From the IMG/VR virus record IMGVR_UViG_2588253764_000003: a DNA stretch of 64,000 bases. One strand, given 5' to 3'. The translations under genes were made by a program, and so were the position numbers. The DNA is from a virus. Lineage: Duplodnaviria > Caudoviricetes. Positions 10,831 through 21,120 of this stretch are shown here, one piece after another; the first letter of the stretch is position 1; every line of letters starts with the position of its first letter. The notes below the pieces were generated by a model. It made no database searches. It was not told the DNA's origin and worked only from the letters and a program-made list of their open reading frames with translations.

Positions 10831-11303
10831 CTTCGCTCCTTTTGAGGCAATGAATTAATGACATCATTGGTCACTTAATGGCATTTGATCTTTGCAAAAT
10901 AGATTAGTCTGTTTTATCAATAAAAACAGTACTTCAAGCCCTCTTGAAAGCTTAAGATTTTATCAAATTTTAGGGGATATTTTTGAATTTTAGACACAAT
11001 ACAACTAGGGACAGCATGATCATTAAATAAAATTTTTTACACATTGTCAAGGGGAAAAATCTATATTTTGTATTTTTTATCTAAATATTTATAAATATTG
11101 AGCAGTATAGGAGAGAAAGGAAATGACAGGTCCAGAAATATTAGATGCCGTGTTAGTGATATCAATGATAGTTATATCACTATTGACTATAGCGTTTTGT
11201 TTGCCTGCCACCTTTTGATTTTCATTAATATTTTGTATATCATATGTAATTATACGCTTTTGCAAAAAAAATCTAGAGTGAGAAATTTCTCCATATTGAT
11301 GGG

Positions 11304-11699
11304 CTAAATATTAAGCTCGTGACGGGCTGCTGTTGCCAAAAAAGCAGATCTTGTTAAGCCTCTCTCTTGTGCACAATTATCAATTGCACGCAAAAGCCCT
11401 CGTTCAATTGATATATTTGTACGTACGACTTCTGAATCATTTTCAATAAAAGGAACTTGTATTAAAAAAGCTCCTTCTGACAAGGCTTTTTTGACAGCTT
11501 TCTGTTGTATCACTTCTTCAAATTTTAAAGGAACAGGCACTGTATCCATATCTTCACAGTAAAGTTGTAAAGCTTCGGTTGCATTTATGATAAGATTTTC
11601 TTCTTCATCAGAAGCAGAGAATAGACCTTCAAAATCAGGAAATTGAACACCAAAAGCAGAATCCTCATCTTTATGAACAAGAGCAAAAAATCTTTTCAT
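11304..11699 (-). CDS. hicB: HicB antitoxin
   Basis: HKDEDSAFGVQFPDF.G.FSA.D...NATEAL; C-terminal RHH (R.NISI...LTRSAFL). Confidence 0.9.
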   Translation of the reverse strand: MKRFFALVHKDEDSAFGVQFPDFEGLFSASDEEENLIINATEALQLYCEDMDTVPVPLKFEEVIQQKAVKKALSEGAFLIQVPFIENDSEVVRTNISIERGLLRAIDNCAQERGLTRSAFLATAARHELNI

Positions 11700-11896
11700 T
11701 CTTCTTCTCCTTTTTTAAACCAGCCTGCTTGTTGTGCAATAGAACGCGCTGTACCAATTGGAAGATTTTTTTTAGGATGTGGAACAATAACAACCTTACC
11801 GTCTTTTTCAAATTTATGGTGCGAACCTTTTACTTTTACAAGTTCAAAGCCATCGCGTTTTAATTTTGCAATTATCTTTCGGCTGTTTTGTTCCAT
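11696..11896 (-). CDS. hicA: HicA toxin
   Basis: L..DGF..V..KGSH.KF......VPHPKK.LPIGT.RSI..QAG. Confidence 0.92.
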   Translation of the reverse strand: MEQNSRKIIAKLKRDGFELVKVKGSHHKFEKDGKVVIVPHPKKNLPIGTARSIAQQAGWFKKGEEE

Positions 11897-11960
11897 TCCC
11901 TAATCTCATAATGTGTATATATTTACACACTATACTTTTTCTTATTTTAAGTCAAGGTTT

Positions 11961-12497
11961 TTAATAACCACAATGTTTCTGGAGAGCGTTAAGGACTATC
12001 CGCAATGAAGGTACAAGGTACGGTAATTCTTGATCTTCACTAACAAGATACTGTAGCGCAGCATAAAAATTATGCTGTTTATATAGGTTTTGTGTTTCTT
12101 TTATTACCTCTTGCATATTCAAAAATTGTTTTGTTGCAAATTCAATCCATTTTTTTCTAGCTGCTTCATCAGAAGATGAGGGCATTTTATCATAAATTGC
12201 ACTAGGCAATGTTTTTGCACATAGATAATCATTTCTGACTTCAATATATTTTTGTGCAACATCGTATTGATCTTGATTAATCACACCTTTCAGATAAAGC
12301 CGTCCGATATAGGTACCGGAAAGCGGATTTTTTGCTTCTTCTATGGTCAAGCCAAAGCGTTTGGCACGCATTTCTATTGCTAATTTCTCAATGGGGTCAT
12401 GAGGCATTTTTGTCCGTGAGATACGACCGTTGGGTTCTCTGATACATCCCTTAATCCGTGGACGCCCACGTTTTGCATGTTTTTTTCTTTTAGCCAT
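11961..12497 (-). CDS. Hypothetical phage protein (paralog of 53652..54176)
   Basis: REPNGRISR motif; follows ssb in both prophages. Confidence 0.7.
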   Translation of the reverse strand: MAKRKKHAKRGRPRIKGCIREPNGRISRTKMPHDPIEKLAIEMRAKRFGLTIEEAKNPLSGTYIGRLYLKGVINQDQYDVAQKYIEVRNDYLCAKTLPSAIYDKMPSSSDEAARKKWIEFATKQFLNMQEVIKETQNLYKQHNFYAALQYLVSEDQELPYLVPSLRIVLNALQKHCGY

Positions 12498-12507
12498 ATT
12501 TTTTCAA

Positions 12508-12969
12508 TCAGAATGGGACGCTATCATTAAGAGATGCGCTATAATCTTGAGTACCTGAGGCAATAGCATAACTTTGAGAAGTAATGGGTGAGGGGTGTGC
12601 AGATTGCTCTTTCTTTGCATCAAGCAAATGCAGTTCACCTTTATATTGTGACAAGACAATCTCTGTTGTGTAACGGTCATGACCATTTTTATCTTGCCAT
12701 TTACGGGTTTGTAATTTGCCTTCTATGTAAACCTTTGAACCTTTGTGTAGATATTGAAGTGCTATTTTTGCCAAATGCGGATTAAAAACCACTACGGAGT
12801 GCCATTCGGTTTTATCTACTTTTTGATGCGTGTTTTTATCCGTATAGCTTTCAGAAGTAGCCATACGAAAATTGACTATTTCGGCACCAGAATTCATTGT
12901 TTTGCTTTCGGGATCTGCCCCTAAATAGCCAATTAAGATCACTTTATTCAACATGTTTGTAAGTTCCAT
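12508..12969 (-). CDS. ssb: Single-stranded DNA-binding protein (phage)
   Basis: [28 protein letters not shown]; acidic tail ending VPF. Confidence 0.95.
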   Translation of the reverse strand: MELTNMLNKVILIGYLGADPESKTMNSGAEIVNFRMATSESYTDKNTHQKVDKTEWHSVVVFNPHLAKIALQYLHKGSKVYIEGKLQTRKWQDKNGHDRYTTEIVLSQYKGELHLLDAKKEQSAHPSPITSQSYAIASGTQDYSASLNDSVPF

Positions 12970-13194
12970 TTGATTTGCATTTTATACACATAAAACCTTA
13001 GCATAATTTGTTTATTTTTTTCAATTATTTCAGTTAATTAATCACAGTTTTTTAAAGTATTGCATTATAATTTTATTTGATAAACTCACTAAATAGCTGT
13101 GTTATAAAAAGGCAAGGCTTTTTTTGTTCGATTTATTATTGACAATCGAACCTTTTTGTGCGATATTGGTTTTATGAAATTAAGGGGAGGCTAA

Positions 13195-13386
13195 ATGAAA
13201 CGAGAAGCGCTGCTTAGAGAGTTACGCAAAGAAGCCAGAAAAAGAGGTCTTCATTACAGTGAAGCTCCAGATGCAGGCAAAGGGTCACATTATTTGGTAA
13301 CTTTTGGAGACAAGACAACTGTTATAAAATCGGGTGAATTAACGCCACTTTATGTGAAGATAATAAAAAAACAATTGGGAATATGA
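13195..13386 (+). CDS. hicA: HicA-like toxin
   Basis: GKGSH motif, ends I.KQLGI; upstream of HicB. Confidence 0.8.
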   Translation: MKREALLRELRKEARKRGLHYSEAPDAGKGSHYLVTFGDKTTVIKSGELTPLYVKIIKKQLGI

Positions 13387-13455
13387 AATTTATAATTCAA
13401 ATGTTTTTAAATTTTCGTTTCAAAAGCATTTTGATCATAGTGAGGAGACCTAAAC

Positions 13456-13884
13456 ATGGAATATACGTATCAAGCAAAATTTGAAACTGATCCGGATGGT
13501 GGTTTTGTTGTGACTTTTCCGGATGTACCTGAAGCAATAACAGCTGGAGAAAATAGAGTAGAGGCATTAGAGAATGCTGTTGAAGCTTTAGGGTTGGCAT
13601 TACGGAGCTATTCTATGCGTGGTCTACCTTTACCTGTACCACAGCAATATAAAGGTCTTGTAGAGATTACGGTAGATGCGTGGAATGCTCTTAAGCTTGC
13701 AGTGGTAGAAGCCTTTAATGAAGCGAATATTACAAAAACAGAATTGGCACATCGTTTGGGTAAAAAAGAAACAGAAGCAAGACGCATTCTTGACCCCAAT
13801 TATCCAACGAAGCTTCAAACTTTAGAGCAAGCACTGAGTGTTCTTGGCAAGCAAGTCGTTATTACAATCAAAAACGCGGCTTAA
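13456..13884 (+). CDS. hicB: HicB antitoxin with C-terminal HTH
   Basis: GGFVVTFPDVPEAIT.G...EAL.NA.EAL; ELA.RLG...RILDP. Confidence 0.88.
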   Translation: MEYTYQAKFETDPDGGFVVTFPDVPEAITAGENRVEALENAVEALGLALRSYSMRGLPLPVPQQYKGLVEITVDAWNALKLAVVEAFNEANITKTELAHRLGKKETEARRILDPNYPTKLQTLEQALSVLGKQVVITIKNAA

Positions 13885-13932
13885 CTATCTCCTCGTCTTT
13901 GAAGACGAGAAGATAAAATCATGTTTTTAAAT

Positions 13933-14481
13933 CTAAGCAGCTCTTACGACAGATTTTTCTAAAACCTGTTTTGCTTCTTCAATGAGTGTTTTATACTGTT
14001 TGCTTTCTTCTACCAATGTAAAGGCTTTAACAAGATGCATGTGGAGAGGTCCATAAATGTAAACAGCTTTTTTAGTTGGAGACATTTTATCCCAATCTTT
14101 TGGAAAATCAAAGCGTGTATCACGGTCATAATCAACAGATTGGCTTTTTAACTTTTTCTCACACTCAATAAAGTAACGACGAGCTTGTCTGCCTTTCTCA
14201 TTGCGTTCAACCATGGAAAGTTCTTTTGCCATGTCTAGAGTAAGATGATATTCTATGACTGTAACAGCTCTAGATTTTGCGCTTCCCAATTTTGGGAACC
14301 GCAAATCTTGTGTTTTTATAAAGTCTTTACCTTCTTCAAATGTATATTGATTAATACGATCTGTAATCCAAGTAGCGAAACGTTTTCCTATTTCCATGAA
14401 TGCATGTAATTCACGCGCATTGACCGTTTGCACAATTTCTTGTTCAATAATTTTTTCTGATATTTTAATGAGTGTGTTCAT
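13933..14481 (-). CDS. AntA/AntB antirepressor family protein
   Basis: VNARELHAF...FATWITDRI...LTLDMAKELSMVERNEKG.QARRYFI. Confidence 0.9.
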   Translation of the reverse strand: MNTLIKISEKIIEQEIVQTVNARELHAFMEIGKRFATWITDRINQYTFEEGKDFIKTQDLRFPKLGSAKSRAVTVIEYHLTLDMAKELSMVERNEKGRQARRYFIECEKKLKSQSVDYDRDTRFDFPKDWDKMSPTKKAVYIYGPLHMHLVKAFTLVEESKQYKTLIEEAKQVLEKSVVRAA

Positions 14482-14514
14482 AATATTGGTTCCTTTGTTT
14501 TAAAAGTTTAAGTA

Positions 14515-14593
14515 TCCAGGGCTAAAACAACCGAACCAATTCAGTCCTTCACATCTTTAGGTTACCCTTGGACATACACGTGAAGACCCTGGA
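14515..14593 (-). ncRNA. Divergent C4-like antisense RNA (copy 2)
   Basis: Closing stem UCCAGGG/CCCUGGA; AUUGGUU and UGUUUUA complementary to AACCAAT and TAAAACA upstream (14640-14660) and downstream (14485-14502). Confidence 0.6.
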
Positions 14594-14694
14594 ATAATAA
14601 AATGAAGGGCAACAGATCTTTCGGGATACTGTTGAACCGATTGGTTACAGGTGTTTTAAGCCTGCCTCGTAACCTAATGGCTTTTAAAAATTTG

Positions 14695-15111
14695 TCAAGT
14701 TGTTTCTGATATGAGTTGGTATCTAATCATTGTTTTTTCAGAAGCTTCCGATAACTTTTTAATCTCTTTATTGATCTCATCTATAAGAGGTTCGTAATTG
14801 AGAACGCTTTTCGGAATAGCACCACCGTAAACCCATGCTTTCACTTGCGCTTTGGTGCTAAAATCTGCCTTTTCTGGTATGGTGTAATACTGACCGCCGT
14901 CAAACTTTTCACACTCTCTTGTGCCGTCTTCATATTCGTAGAGATTATAAAAATACTCTGCCGCCCCATCTCCCCAAGGAACATACCCAACAGCCGTTGC
15001 AATAAATTTTTTGTGCATTTTTTGTATTGGCTGTTTACGTTTTTTAAAGAATCGTCGTTTTAATATTTCCATTTTAATTTCTATTTTTACCAATAGGTTA
15101 ATTTGCCTCAA
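14695..15111 (-). CDS. Hypothetical phage protein (paralog of 34543..34962)
   Basis: Shared ATAVGY.PWG...EYFYNLYEYEDG motif. Confidence 0.7.
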   Translation of the reverse strand: MRQINLLVKIEIKMEILKRRFFKKRKQPIQKMHKKFIATAVGYVPWGDGAAEYFYNLYEYEDGTRECEKFDGGQYYTIPEKADFSTKAQVKAWVYGGAIPKSVLNYEPLIDEINKEIKKLSEASEKTMIRYQLISETT

Positions 15112-15233
15112 ATTTGACCGTACAGAGCGTTTTGCATTACATATGTGTTTTCATCATAAAATCTTTAAATCGCTTTGTACGGCGCTTTTTATCGATTTAA
15201 ACGCATATCTAATTACAAAACCATCAGCTCTTT

Positions 15234-15872
15234 TCACTGAAAAGGATTTAAACCAATCTCCGTTTTTTCAAGCATTTGCATCAGTTTATCCCATTTTTCA
15301 GCAGAAACAGGTTCTCCTTTCGGCTTAATCTCTGGTCTATCGAGTGAGGTAAATATCCCTTTAACAGTAGTTCGAATATCGTCTTCAAGCTTTTCACAGT
15401 AAAGCAGAAGATCAGCAGAAGCGGGCATGAATGTTGTCGACAAGCCTTCTGCTTTACCCTTCATCACATCCCTTGTTGCGGTTTTGATTGCCCAACGGCT
15501 TAAACCATCGAGAGAAAAAAGATAAGCAACAGCTGTGGCTTTTTCATCTTCTCCAGGTTGGCTTTTAAGTCCACCAGAAAGCATGAGAAACATAGCTTTT
15601 ATTTCTTCCTCAGAAGCTTTTTCATCAAGCATTTGCAAAGCTTCATTACCCAACGAGATAATTCTCTCCGCTTCTGCAGGTGATGGCTTTTTGCCCGCTA
15701 ACCAATGGAATGGAGGGTTTTGCATCATCCTCGAACAAAAATTTGTACGGACTGTCTGCATTTTTGAAATCGGACATGTGTTGTGTAATTCTATAGGCAC
15801 GACCGCGCTGTTGTCCTGTTTGGGAATTGGTTTGTGTTCCATAATTTTCTCCTTGTTTGTAATCCTTTGCAT
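15234..15872 (-). CDS. Replication-associated phage protein (paralog of 33768..34379)
   Basis: Downstream of and overlapping the replication gene; shared GKAEGL..TFMP..AD motif. Confidence 0.6.
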   Translation of the reverse strand: MQRITNKEKIMEHKPIPKQDNSAVVPIELHNTCPISKMQTVRTNFCSRMMQNPPFHWLAGKKPSPAEAERIISLGNEALQMLDEKASEEEIKAMFLMLSGGLKSQPGEDEKATAVAYLFSLDGLSRWAIKTATRDVMKGKAEGLSTTFMPASADLLLYCEKLEDDIRTTVKGIFTSLDRPEIKPKGEPVSAEKWDKLMQMLEKTEIGLNPFQ

Positions 15873-16749
15873 TTCTTACCCAGTTACGCCACGTTGCTTG
15901 CCAATCGGTTTTGGTTGCATTTGCTCCAGCTTTTGAACGCCAGTAATCTCGAAACTTTGCGATTTCGACTTTGATACGCTCTGGAGGCAAGCCCTCTGCA
16001 ATGGCAAAATCGTAATCGGGTTCGAAATCATCCGGTAATCGACAGCCTCGATTAGCTTTAACCCGCTTGGCTTTTTCCGGAATGCTTTCTTGCTCGTGAA
16101 GGGGTGGGTGGTTGGTCTCTACCGTTTCGATTTGCTCTGCATGGCTCTCGAGATCATGAACCTCGATTGGCTTGTGAACCAAATCGGTTGTTTGTAAATT
16201 TTCAGAACCAATTTCTTTTTTTGCTAAAACGATAGTTTTAGTTTTTTTATTATATATGTTATTGTTATTGTTAATGGCATCATTAAGCATTGCTTGTGCA
16301 TTGCTAAAATCCCCACAAGCATCATGCTTAGCATCCTTAAGCATACCGTTAGCATCATGCTTAGCATTTTTAGCATCACTCATTGTTTTTGCTTTATGAT
16401 GTTTTTCCCATTTTGCCTGTGCTGCTTTCTTTGCTCTCTCTGAAAACTTATTTAAATTTTCGTTTGAGTTATTGAGTTCTTCTTCAACATCTGAACTCCA
16501 CAAACGTCCATCTTCTAAACAAATGATGTGTCCGGATCTAAATAAATAATTTAACGCCTTTTCAAATCTTTTTACTGAACAACAAGTAAAATGAGATAAT
16601 ATTCCTGCATCATTCAAAAGAGGCTCACGCGTGTGTAACATTCTTATCCGCAACTTCACATAAACATTGACTTCCATAGGTGGTAAATCAGAGAGTTTAA
16701 ATAGCCACTGGTCTGTATTAAGTCTCGTCCAAGCCAATTTAGTTGACAT
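15646..16749 (-). CDS. Phage replication initiator (DUF1376-like N-terminus)
   Basis: Central low-complexity iteron segment; RLPDDF.P...FRDYW.....K.DWQATWRNW. Confidence 0.75.
   Translation of the reverse strand: MSTKLAWTRLNTDQWLFKLSDLPPMEVNVYVKLRIRMLHTREPLLNDAGILSHFTCCSVKRFEKALNYLFRSGHIICLEDGRLWSSDVEEELNNSNENLNKFSERAKKAAQAKWEKHHKAKTMSDAKNAKHDANGMLKDAKHDACGDFSNAQAMLNDAINNNNNIYNKKTKTIVLAKKEIGSENLQTTDLVHKPIEVHDLESHAEQIETVETNHPPLHEQESIPEKAKRVKANRGCRLPDDFEPDYDFAIAEGLPPERIKVEIAKFRDYWRSKAGANATKTDWQATWRNWVRNAKDYKQGENYGTQTNSQTGQQRGRAYRITQHMSDFKNADSPYKFLFEDDAKPSIPLVSGQKAITCRSGENYLVG
16275..16380. repeat. Iteron-like repeats (putative prophage A origin) inside initiator gene
   Basis: Repeated GCATCATGCTTAGCAT/TAGCAT units next to an AT-rich tract. 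Confidence 0.55.
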
Positions 16750-17086
16750 ATTTTACCTCCTTTTCTTCATTATTATTAGAGGTAAAATTATCTAGCTCTT
16801 CACTGAAGTTATTAAGCTCTTCTTCAACGCGCGTATTCCACAACCCGCCATCTATCTCAATAAGTTTATCATTTCTCATGAGATATTCGACAATCGTTGC
16901 AAATTTTTTCTGCGAACAATTGCAAGCACGTGCAAGCGTTTGAAAGTCTGTTTTAATTGGTGCTTTTTTATCATACATGCGAACGAGAAGCGTCATATAA
17001 GCCCCCCTTTGCTCCAATGTCATTCCATCTGTACCACTTATCCAGTCATACAAATGGAATCTTATCCATGGCATACCATTAGACAT
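16739..17086 (-). CDS. YdaU/DUF1376 family protein
   Basis: MPWIRF...DW...T..MT.E.RGAY..LL..MY...N.R.EEE. Confidence 0.8.
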   Translation of the reverse strand: MSNGMPWIRFHLYDWISGTDGMTLEQRGAYMTLLVRMYDKKAPIKTDFQTLARACNCSQKKFATIVEYLMRNDKLIEIDGGLWNTRVEEELNNFSEELDNFTSNNNEEKEVKYVN

Positions 17087-17555
17087 GTGTGCCCCCTTCT
17101 TTCTTTAAATATAAAATTGCTAAAGCATCTGCTTCATTATCATCTTCAGGCGCGTGCCCTTTTGCACGCATTACCTTAATCATTTCTTCTTTTGAGGCGT
17201 TTCCTTTTCCTGTCGTCGCTTTTTTTATCGTACAAACTGGAATGCCTTCATACGGTATCTGATGATGTTCACACCAAGCTGTTAATGTTGCTAGAAAGCC
17301 CCCATAAACATGAGAAGCGTCTGTACCCACATGCCGGCGTACTTCTTCAAAATACACCGCATCAATGCTGCCTACTGCCTGCTTTATTTCTGATAGACAT
17401 CTCTTAAAGCGTAAGTAACGCATACCACCGCCTTCAAAACGGCGTGGCTGGAAATTCATGACACCACTGACGATGTGACCATCAGCACCACAAATAGCCC
17501 AGCCAGTCTTGCTACCTAGATCAAGACAGAGAATGGTTCGCGTGTTATTGATCAT
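17079..17555 (-). CDS. RuvC-like Holliday junction resolvase (phage)
   Basis: LDLG..TGWA, FEEV, GKGNASK, DDNEADALA. Confidence 0.8.
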   Translation of the reverse strand: MINNTRTILCLDLGSKTGWAICGADGHIVSGVMNFQPRRFEGGGMRYLRFKRCLSEIKQAVGSIDAVYFEEVRRHVGTDASHVYGGFLATLTAWCEHHQIPYEGIPVCTIKKATTGKGNASKEEMIKVMRAKGHAPEDDNEADALAILYLKKEGGTHV

Positions 17556-17670
17556 AATCCCCCCCTTAAGGCTGTTGTGTATTTATGCGTGCGTTATGAC
17601 AGAGCGCGTTGCGATTGCCTGTCTTGCAAAAATGTTTTTGAAAAAGTAACCTCCCAACGATTCTAAAAAA

Positions 17671-18471
17671 TTGGGGGGAGTTATGATGCAAGAATTGATA
17701 AAGATATTTCTTACAGGTTTACTGTCATTTATAGGATCACTTTCAGTAGCGCTTATTTTAAGAAATAAAGACCGTAAAGAAGCAGCCAAAATCCGCAAAG
17801 ATGATTTAGAAAAAGCTGCAAAAAAACGAGAAGAAGATAGAGAATGGATAAGCAAGCAATTTGCAGAAAGCCAAGAACAGACGACAGCCCTTAAAGAGCA
17901 AGCGCAATCGATAAAAGATCTTGCCAAATGGTCAGAAGAACATATTAGAATTTTGTTACGCCCTTCAAGGAGATACCTAGAGTGGGAAGCGTGCACCGAT
18001 ATAATAGACCGAAAAAGTGGTCTCTTATATGGTGAGCTCACATTGAAGGTTAGAAATCTAACAAAAAAAGATATTTTAATAAAAAACATACAAATAACGG
18101 AACACTGCTCCTTTGAATTTCTTGAAAATGCTTGTCGATTTGATGAGGGGAGGTCTGATAAGTGGCGGTCTGATCTATCAAAAGAAAAAGATCCTGTCGT
18201 CATTAAGAGAACAACACCCAAACGCATTTCTTTAGATCCCAAAGAGGTCAAATCGAATGCTACATTATCGTTTACTTTAGATTTATTTCGTATAACTGAT
18301 AGTGAGTGCATTGTTCTTTACTTCCTATTAAGCATAAGCGAATCTGAATACAATGCTCACAACATTGTAAATTGTACTCTTGAATATACTTCACCCAAAA
18401 ATCCAGATGAATTAATCACTGATTATTTCTGGGCGTTAGAAACACCTTACAAACACCTTTATTGCGATTAA
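17671..18471 (+). CDS. Hypothetical membrane-anchored protein (moron)
   Basis: N-terminal TM then coiled coil; opposite strand to the flanking operon; no counterpart in prophage B. Confidence 0.65.
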   Translation: MGGVMMQELIKIFLTGLLSFIGSLSVALILRNKDRKEAAKIRKDDLEKAAKKREEDREWISKQFAESQEQTTALKEQAQSIKDLAKWSEEHIRILLRPSRRYLEWEACTDIIDRKSGLLYGELTLKVRNLTKKDILIKNIQITEHCSFEFLENACRFDEGRSDKWRSDLSKEKDPVVIKRTTPKRISLDPKEVKSNATLSFTLDLFRITDSECIVLYFLLSISESEYNAHNIVNCTLEYTSPKNPDELITDYFWALETPYKHLYCD

Positions 18472-18549
18472 ACAGACCTATTATGAAGTTAATCCCAAAG
18501 ATCCGCTTTTAATTAACGACCCTCATTTTTGGTTCAGATGACGCAAGAA

Positions 18550-19002
18550 TTAAAAAACTTCTCCTGCGAAAAGAAAATCTCTCAATCTCAGTTCTTCTTT
18601 TTTGTTGATTAACTCAATGAGTTTATTATTTAATTCATCAATTAGCTCCATTTGTGAAGCCAACTTTAATCTTTGTTCATACAGTGTCTTATTTTTTTGC
18701 TTAATTAAAGTGGATAGGTTTTCAAGTACTACTCGCTGTTGTTCAATTGACTTATCTCGCTCTGCAAGAGTGGCTTCATGCCATCTCATCCAACTATCAA
18801 ATTTTGACTTATGCCATTCTTCTCGTTTTTTAAGAATTGTTGTGTGAGTTTCGTGTCGTTTCACAAGATCTTCTATGCTACAATCACGATCCGCTATCCG
18901 TGCAAATTCTTTCACAAATTTATCTCCATTCTTCATTTTCGTATTACAACCTATTAATCTACAAAGCTGCGTATAGAGTTTCTTCAATATCCCGTTTTTC
19001 AT
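18550..19002 (-). CDS. Hypothetical coiled-coil phage protein
   Basis: 150 aa ORF following the Cro-like gene. Confidence 0.6.
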   Translation of the reverse strand: MKNGILKKLYTQLCRLIGCNTKMKNGDKFVKEFARIADRDCSIEDLVKRHETHTTILKKREEWHKSKFDSWMRWHEATLAERDKSIEQQRVVLENLSTLIKQKNKTLYEQRLKLASQMELIDELNNKLIELINKKEELRLRDFLFAGEVF

Positions 19003-19014
19003 GATCTTTCTTCT

Positions 19015-19380
19015 TTAAGCCTGTGAATTATGCTGTGGGTGTTTGTTGTTGTCTGTAGAATTATTCATACAAATTGCCCCATTCGATGTTGTAAATTTCT
19101 CCGTTAAAGAAATCGTACTTTTTCTTTTTTCTGTTATTAGAAGAGAAACACCATGAGATTTATTCTCATACATATGAAGAAACCAATCTAGTGTAACCCA
19201 AGGTGGACCTTTGGATTCAGACAATTGGATAATTATGTTCCAATATTTTGGAGAAATACTATTGCGATCGCGCATTTTACGTGCAGCTTCATAGCTACAA
19301 CCGATTTCCTTCGCAAATTGACCTATAGATCCCCAAGACTCAATCAAATTTTTGACATAAAAATTATTAACCATGATCAA
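19015..19380 (-). CDS. Cro-like HTH protein
   Basis: LI..WGSI..FA..IG..Y.AA.KM..RNSI.P.YW; divergent from repressor. Confidence 0.7.
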   Translation of the reverse strand: MIMVNNFYVKNLIESWGSIGQFAKEIGCSYEAARKMRDRNSISPKYWNIIIQLSESKGPPWVTLDWFLHMYENKSHGVSLLITEKRKSTISLTEKFTTSNGAICMNNSTDNNKHPQHNSQA

Positions 19381-19384
19381 AATA

Positions 19385-19455
19385 GTACATTACGTACAAT
19401 TTTAAATCAAGATAAAATAGTACACAATGAATGAAAAAAATAGTAGATAATGTAC
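19385..19455. promoter_or_regulatory. Putative operators of prophage A (GTAC-N5-GTAC)
   Basis: GTACATTACGTAC 19385-19397 and GTAGATAATGTAC 19443-19455; same motif GTACATTTTGTAC at 20219-20231. Confidence 0.6.
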
Positions 19456-19457
19456 GA

Positions 19458-20075
19458 ATGAGTTATTTGCCAAAAGATAGACTTAAAATAGCGCGTAAAA
19501 ATGCTGGGTATGCAACACCGAGCGAGGCTGCACGCGCTATATCAGCTCTTAATCAAAATACTCTAATTAGTCATGAAAATGGAAATCGTCCTGTTTCTCG
19601 ACAAAAAGCCGAACTCTATGGACAAGTATTTAACGTCGATCCGGGATGGATTTTATATGGTGAATCTCCTCAAGAAAATCCTAGTCTTAATATAAGTATT
19701 CCTCTTATTTCATGGATTAGTGCTGGAGAGTTAAGCGAGCAAGATGGGATAATGGATTTTTCAGATTATCCTATGACAGAAGCTGTTAATCTTCCGGCCG
19801 GTGAATGGATTGCGTTGCGTGTAGATGGTGCATCCATGAATAAAATTAGTCCTCCAGATTCCATAATACTTGTAAATATGCGAGATAAAAAGCTTGTACC
19901 TAATGCTTGCTATGTAATTGCAGATGAAACTGGGCAAGCTACATATAAGCGATATAGACCAAATGATAATCCTCCTTTTCAACCTGCTTCGTACGATAAA
20001 ACAATAAAAGCTCCAAAACTTGAAGGTGCCATTTCTATAATAGGTCGTGTACGACGCACTATTCTTGATATGTAA
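19458..20075 (+). CDS. CI-like repressor (HTH + S24 peptidase)
   Basis: RLK.AR...HENG.R HTH; SAG cleavage site, G.SM and TYKR catalytic motifs. Confidence 0.9.
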   Translation: MSYLPKDRLKIARKNAGYATPSEAARAISALNQNTLISHENGNRPVSRQKAELYGQVFNVDPGWILYGESPQENPSLNISIPLISWISAGELSEQDGIMDFSDYPMTEAVNLPAGEWIALRVDGASMNKISPPDSIILVNMRDKKLVPNACYVIADETGQATYKRYRPNDNPPFQPASYDKTIKAPKLEGAISIIGRVRRTILDM

Positions 20076-20314
20076 GTACAATTAAGATTCTCTATTTAAA
20101 TTATCAATTAGATGCCATCAGCAAGTCATAGCAGATTATTAATTCTACAATAAACTGCATACTTATTGATTCTTAAATTAGTCGATGATTCGTCATTTTT
20201 TAATTTTTTTGAAAAATAGTACATTTTGTACCCGACTGTATTTCATTCATATTGTACTAATATATCCATAAATTAACACAAACTATTGCCAAGGGGCGTT
20301 AGGGAGGGGAAATT

Positions 20315-20689
20315 ATGGAAAAGCCAATACTTATTCATTCCAATGAAATCTTATTAGTTGCCTACGATAAAGAGCAATACATTGCAGAGTCTGGACCACT
20401 TGATGCAAGCCAAGTTCTAAGCATTGTTGATGAGGTAGATGATGCAATCCAAATCTTTCGCATCAATCCTTCTGAGAAGAGTTGTGAAGATATCTCTGAA
20501 GATATTGCAGAAGCATATGTAGAAGCAAATATTGAAGATCTCTATGAGGATAGTGAGGTTCATTACTTTATACGCGAAAGTGATGTTTACAATAGACTTT
20601 TAGACGAGATTGCAGACGAAAAATATAATGATGAGTTTTACGGTACTTACGAACAACAACACCGTTTGCGTCCTTGTGATGTACTTTAA
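20315..20689 (+). CDS. Hypothetical acidic phage protein (paralog of 29473..29949)
   Basis: Shared QIFR..P....CEDISED and YGTYEQQHRL. Confidence 0.7.
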   Translation: MEKPILIHSNEILLVAYDKEQYIAESGPLDASQVLSIVDEVDDAIQIFRINPSEKSCEDISEDIAEAYVEANIEDLYEDSEVHYFIRESDVYNRLLDEIADEKYNDEFYGTYEQQHRLRPCDVL

Positions 20690-20752
20690 AATTCTTAAGG
20701 GCGTTTGAAAAAGCGCCCCTTTTTCCCATCAATAATTGATTAGAGTAAACTT

Positions 20753-21109
20753 ATGAACACACATGATAATGATAGTGAAGGATATCTCATACCTGAAAAC
20801 GAGGCAGACAATAGTATTGGTTATGTCCAAATGGTCAATGCCCATGTCATGCATAGGTACTTAAATTTAAAACAAGATTTTAATACTTGATTTAATGATT
20901 GTGTTGAAAAGCTTGATCTAAAAGAAGGTGTGGATTTTGTTTTTACAAAACAAGAATGGAACAAAAAAAAGATTTGTCCAAAATCTGAAATAGAAACAGA
21001 TAAAACCGATAATCATCACTTCAAAATTCACGCAGCAAAGAAAATCGCTCAAACAGAACGCCATAGAAACTATGGCAGAATATTATACCAAGACTTGTGT
21101 TTTCATTAA
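20753..21109 (+). pseudogene. AntA-like pseudogene
   Basis: VQMVNAHVMH.YL..KQDFNT*FND...EGVDF; Trp codon changed to TGA. Confidence 0.65.
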
Positions 21110-21120
21110 TTTAGGAAGTG

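Noticed and set aside
17583-18311. 242-aa minus-strand ORF
   Set aside because: Antisense shadow of 17671..18471, which has the more protein-like composition and an RBS
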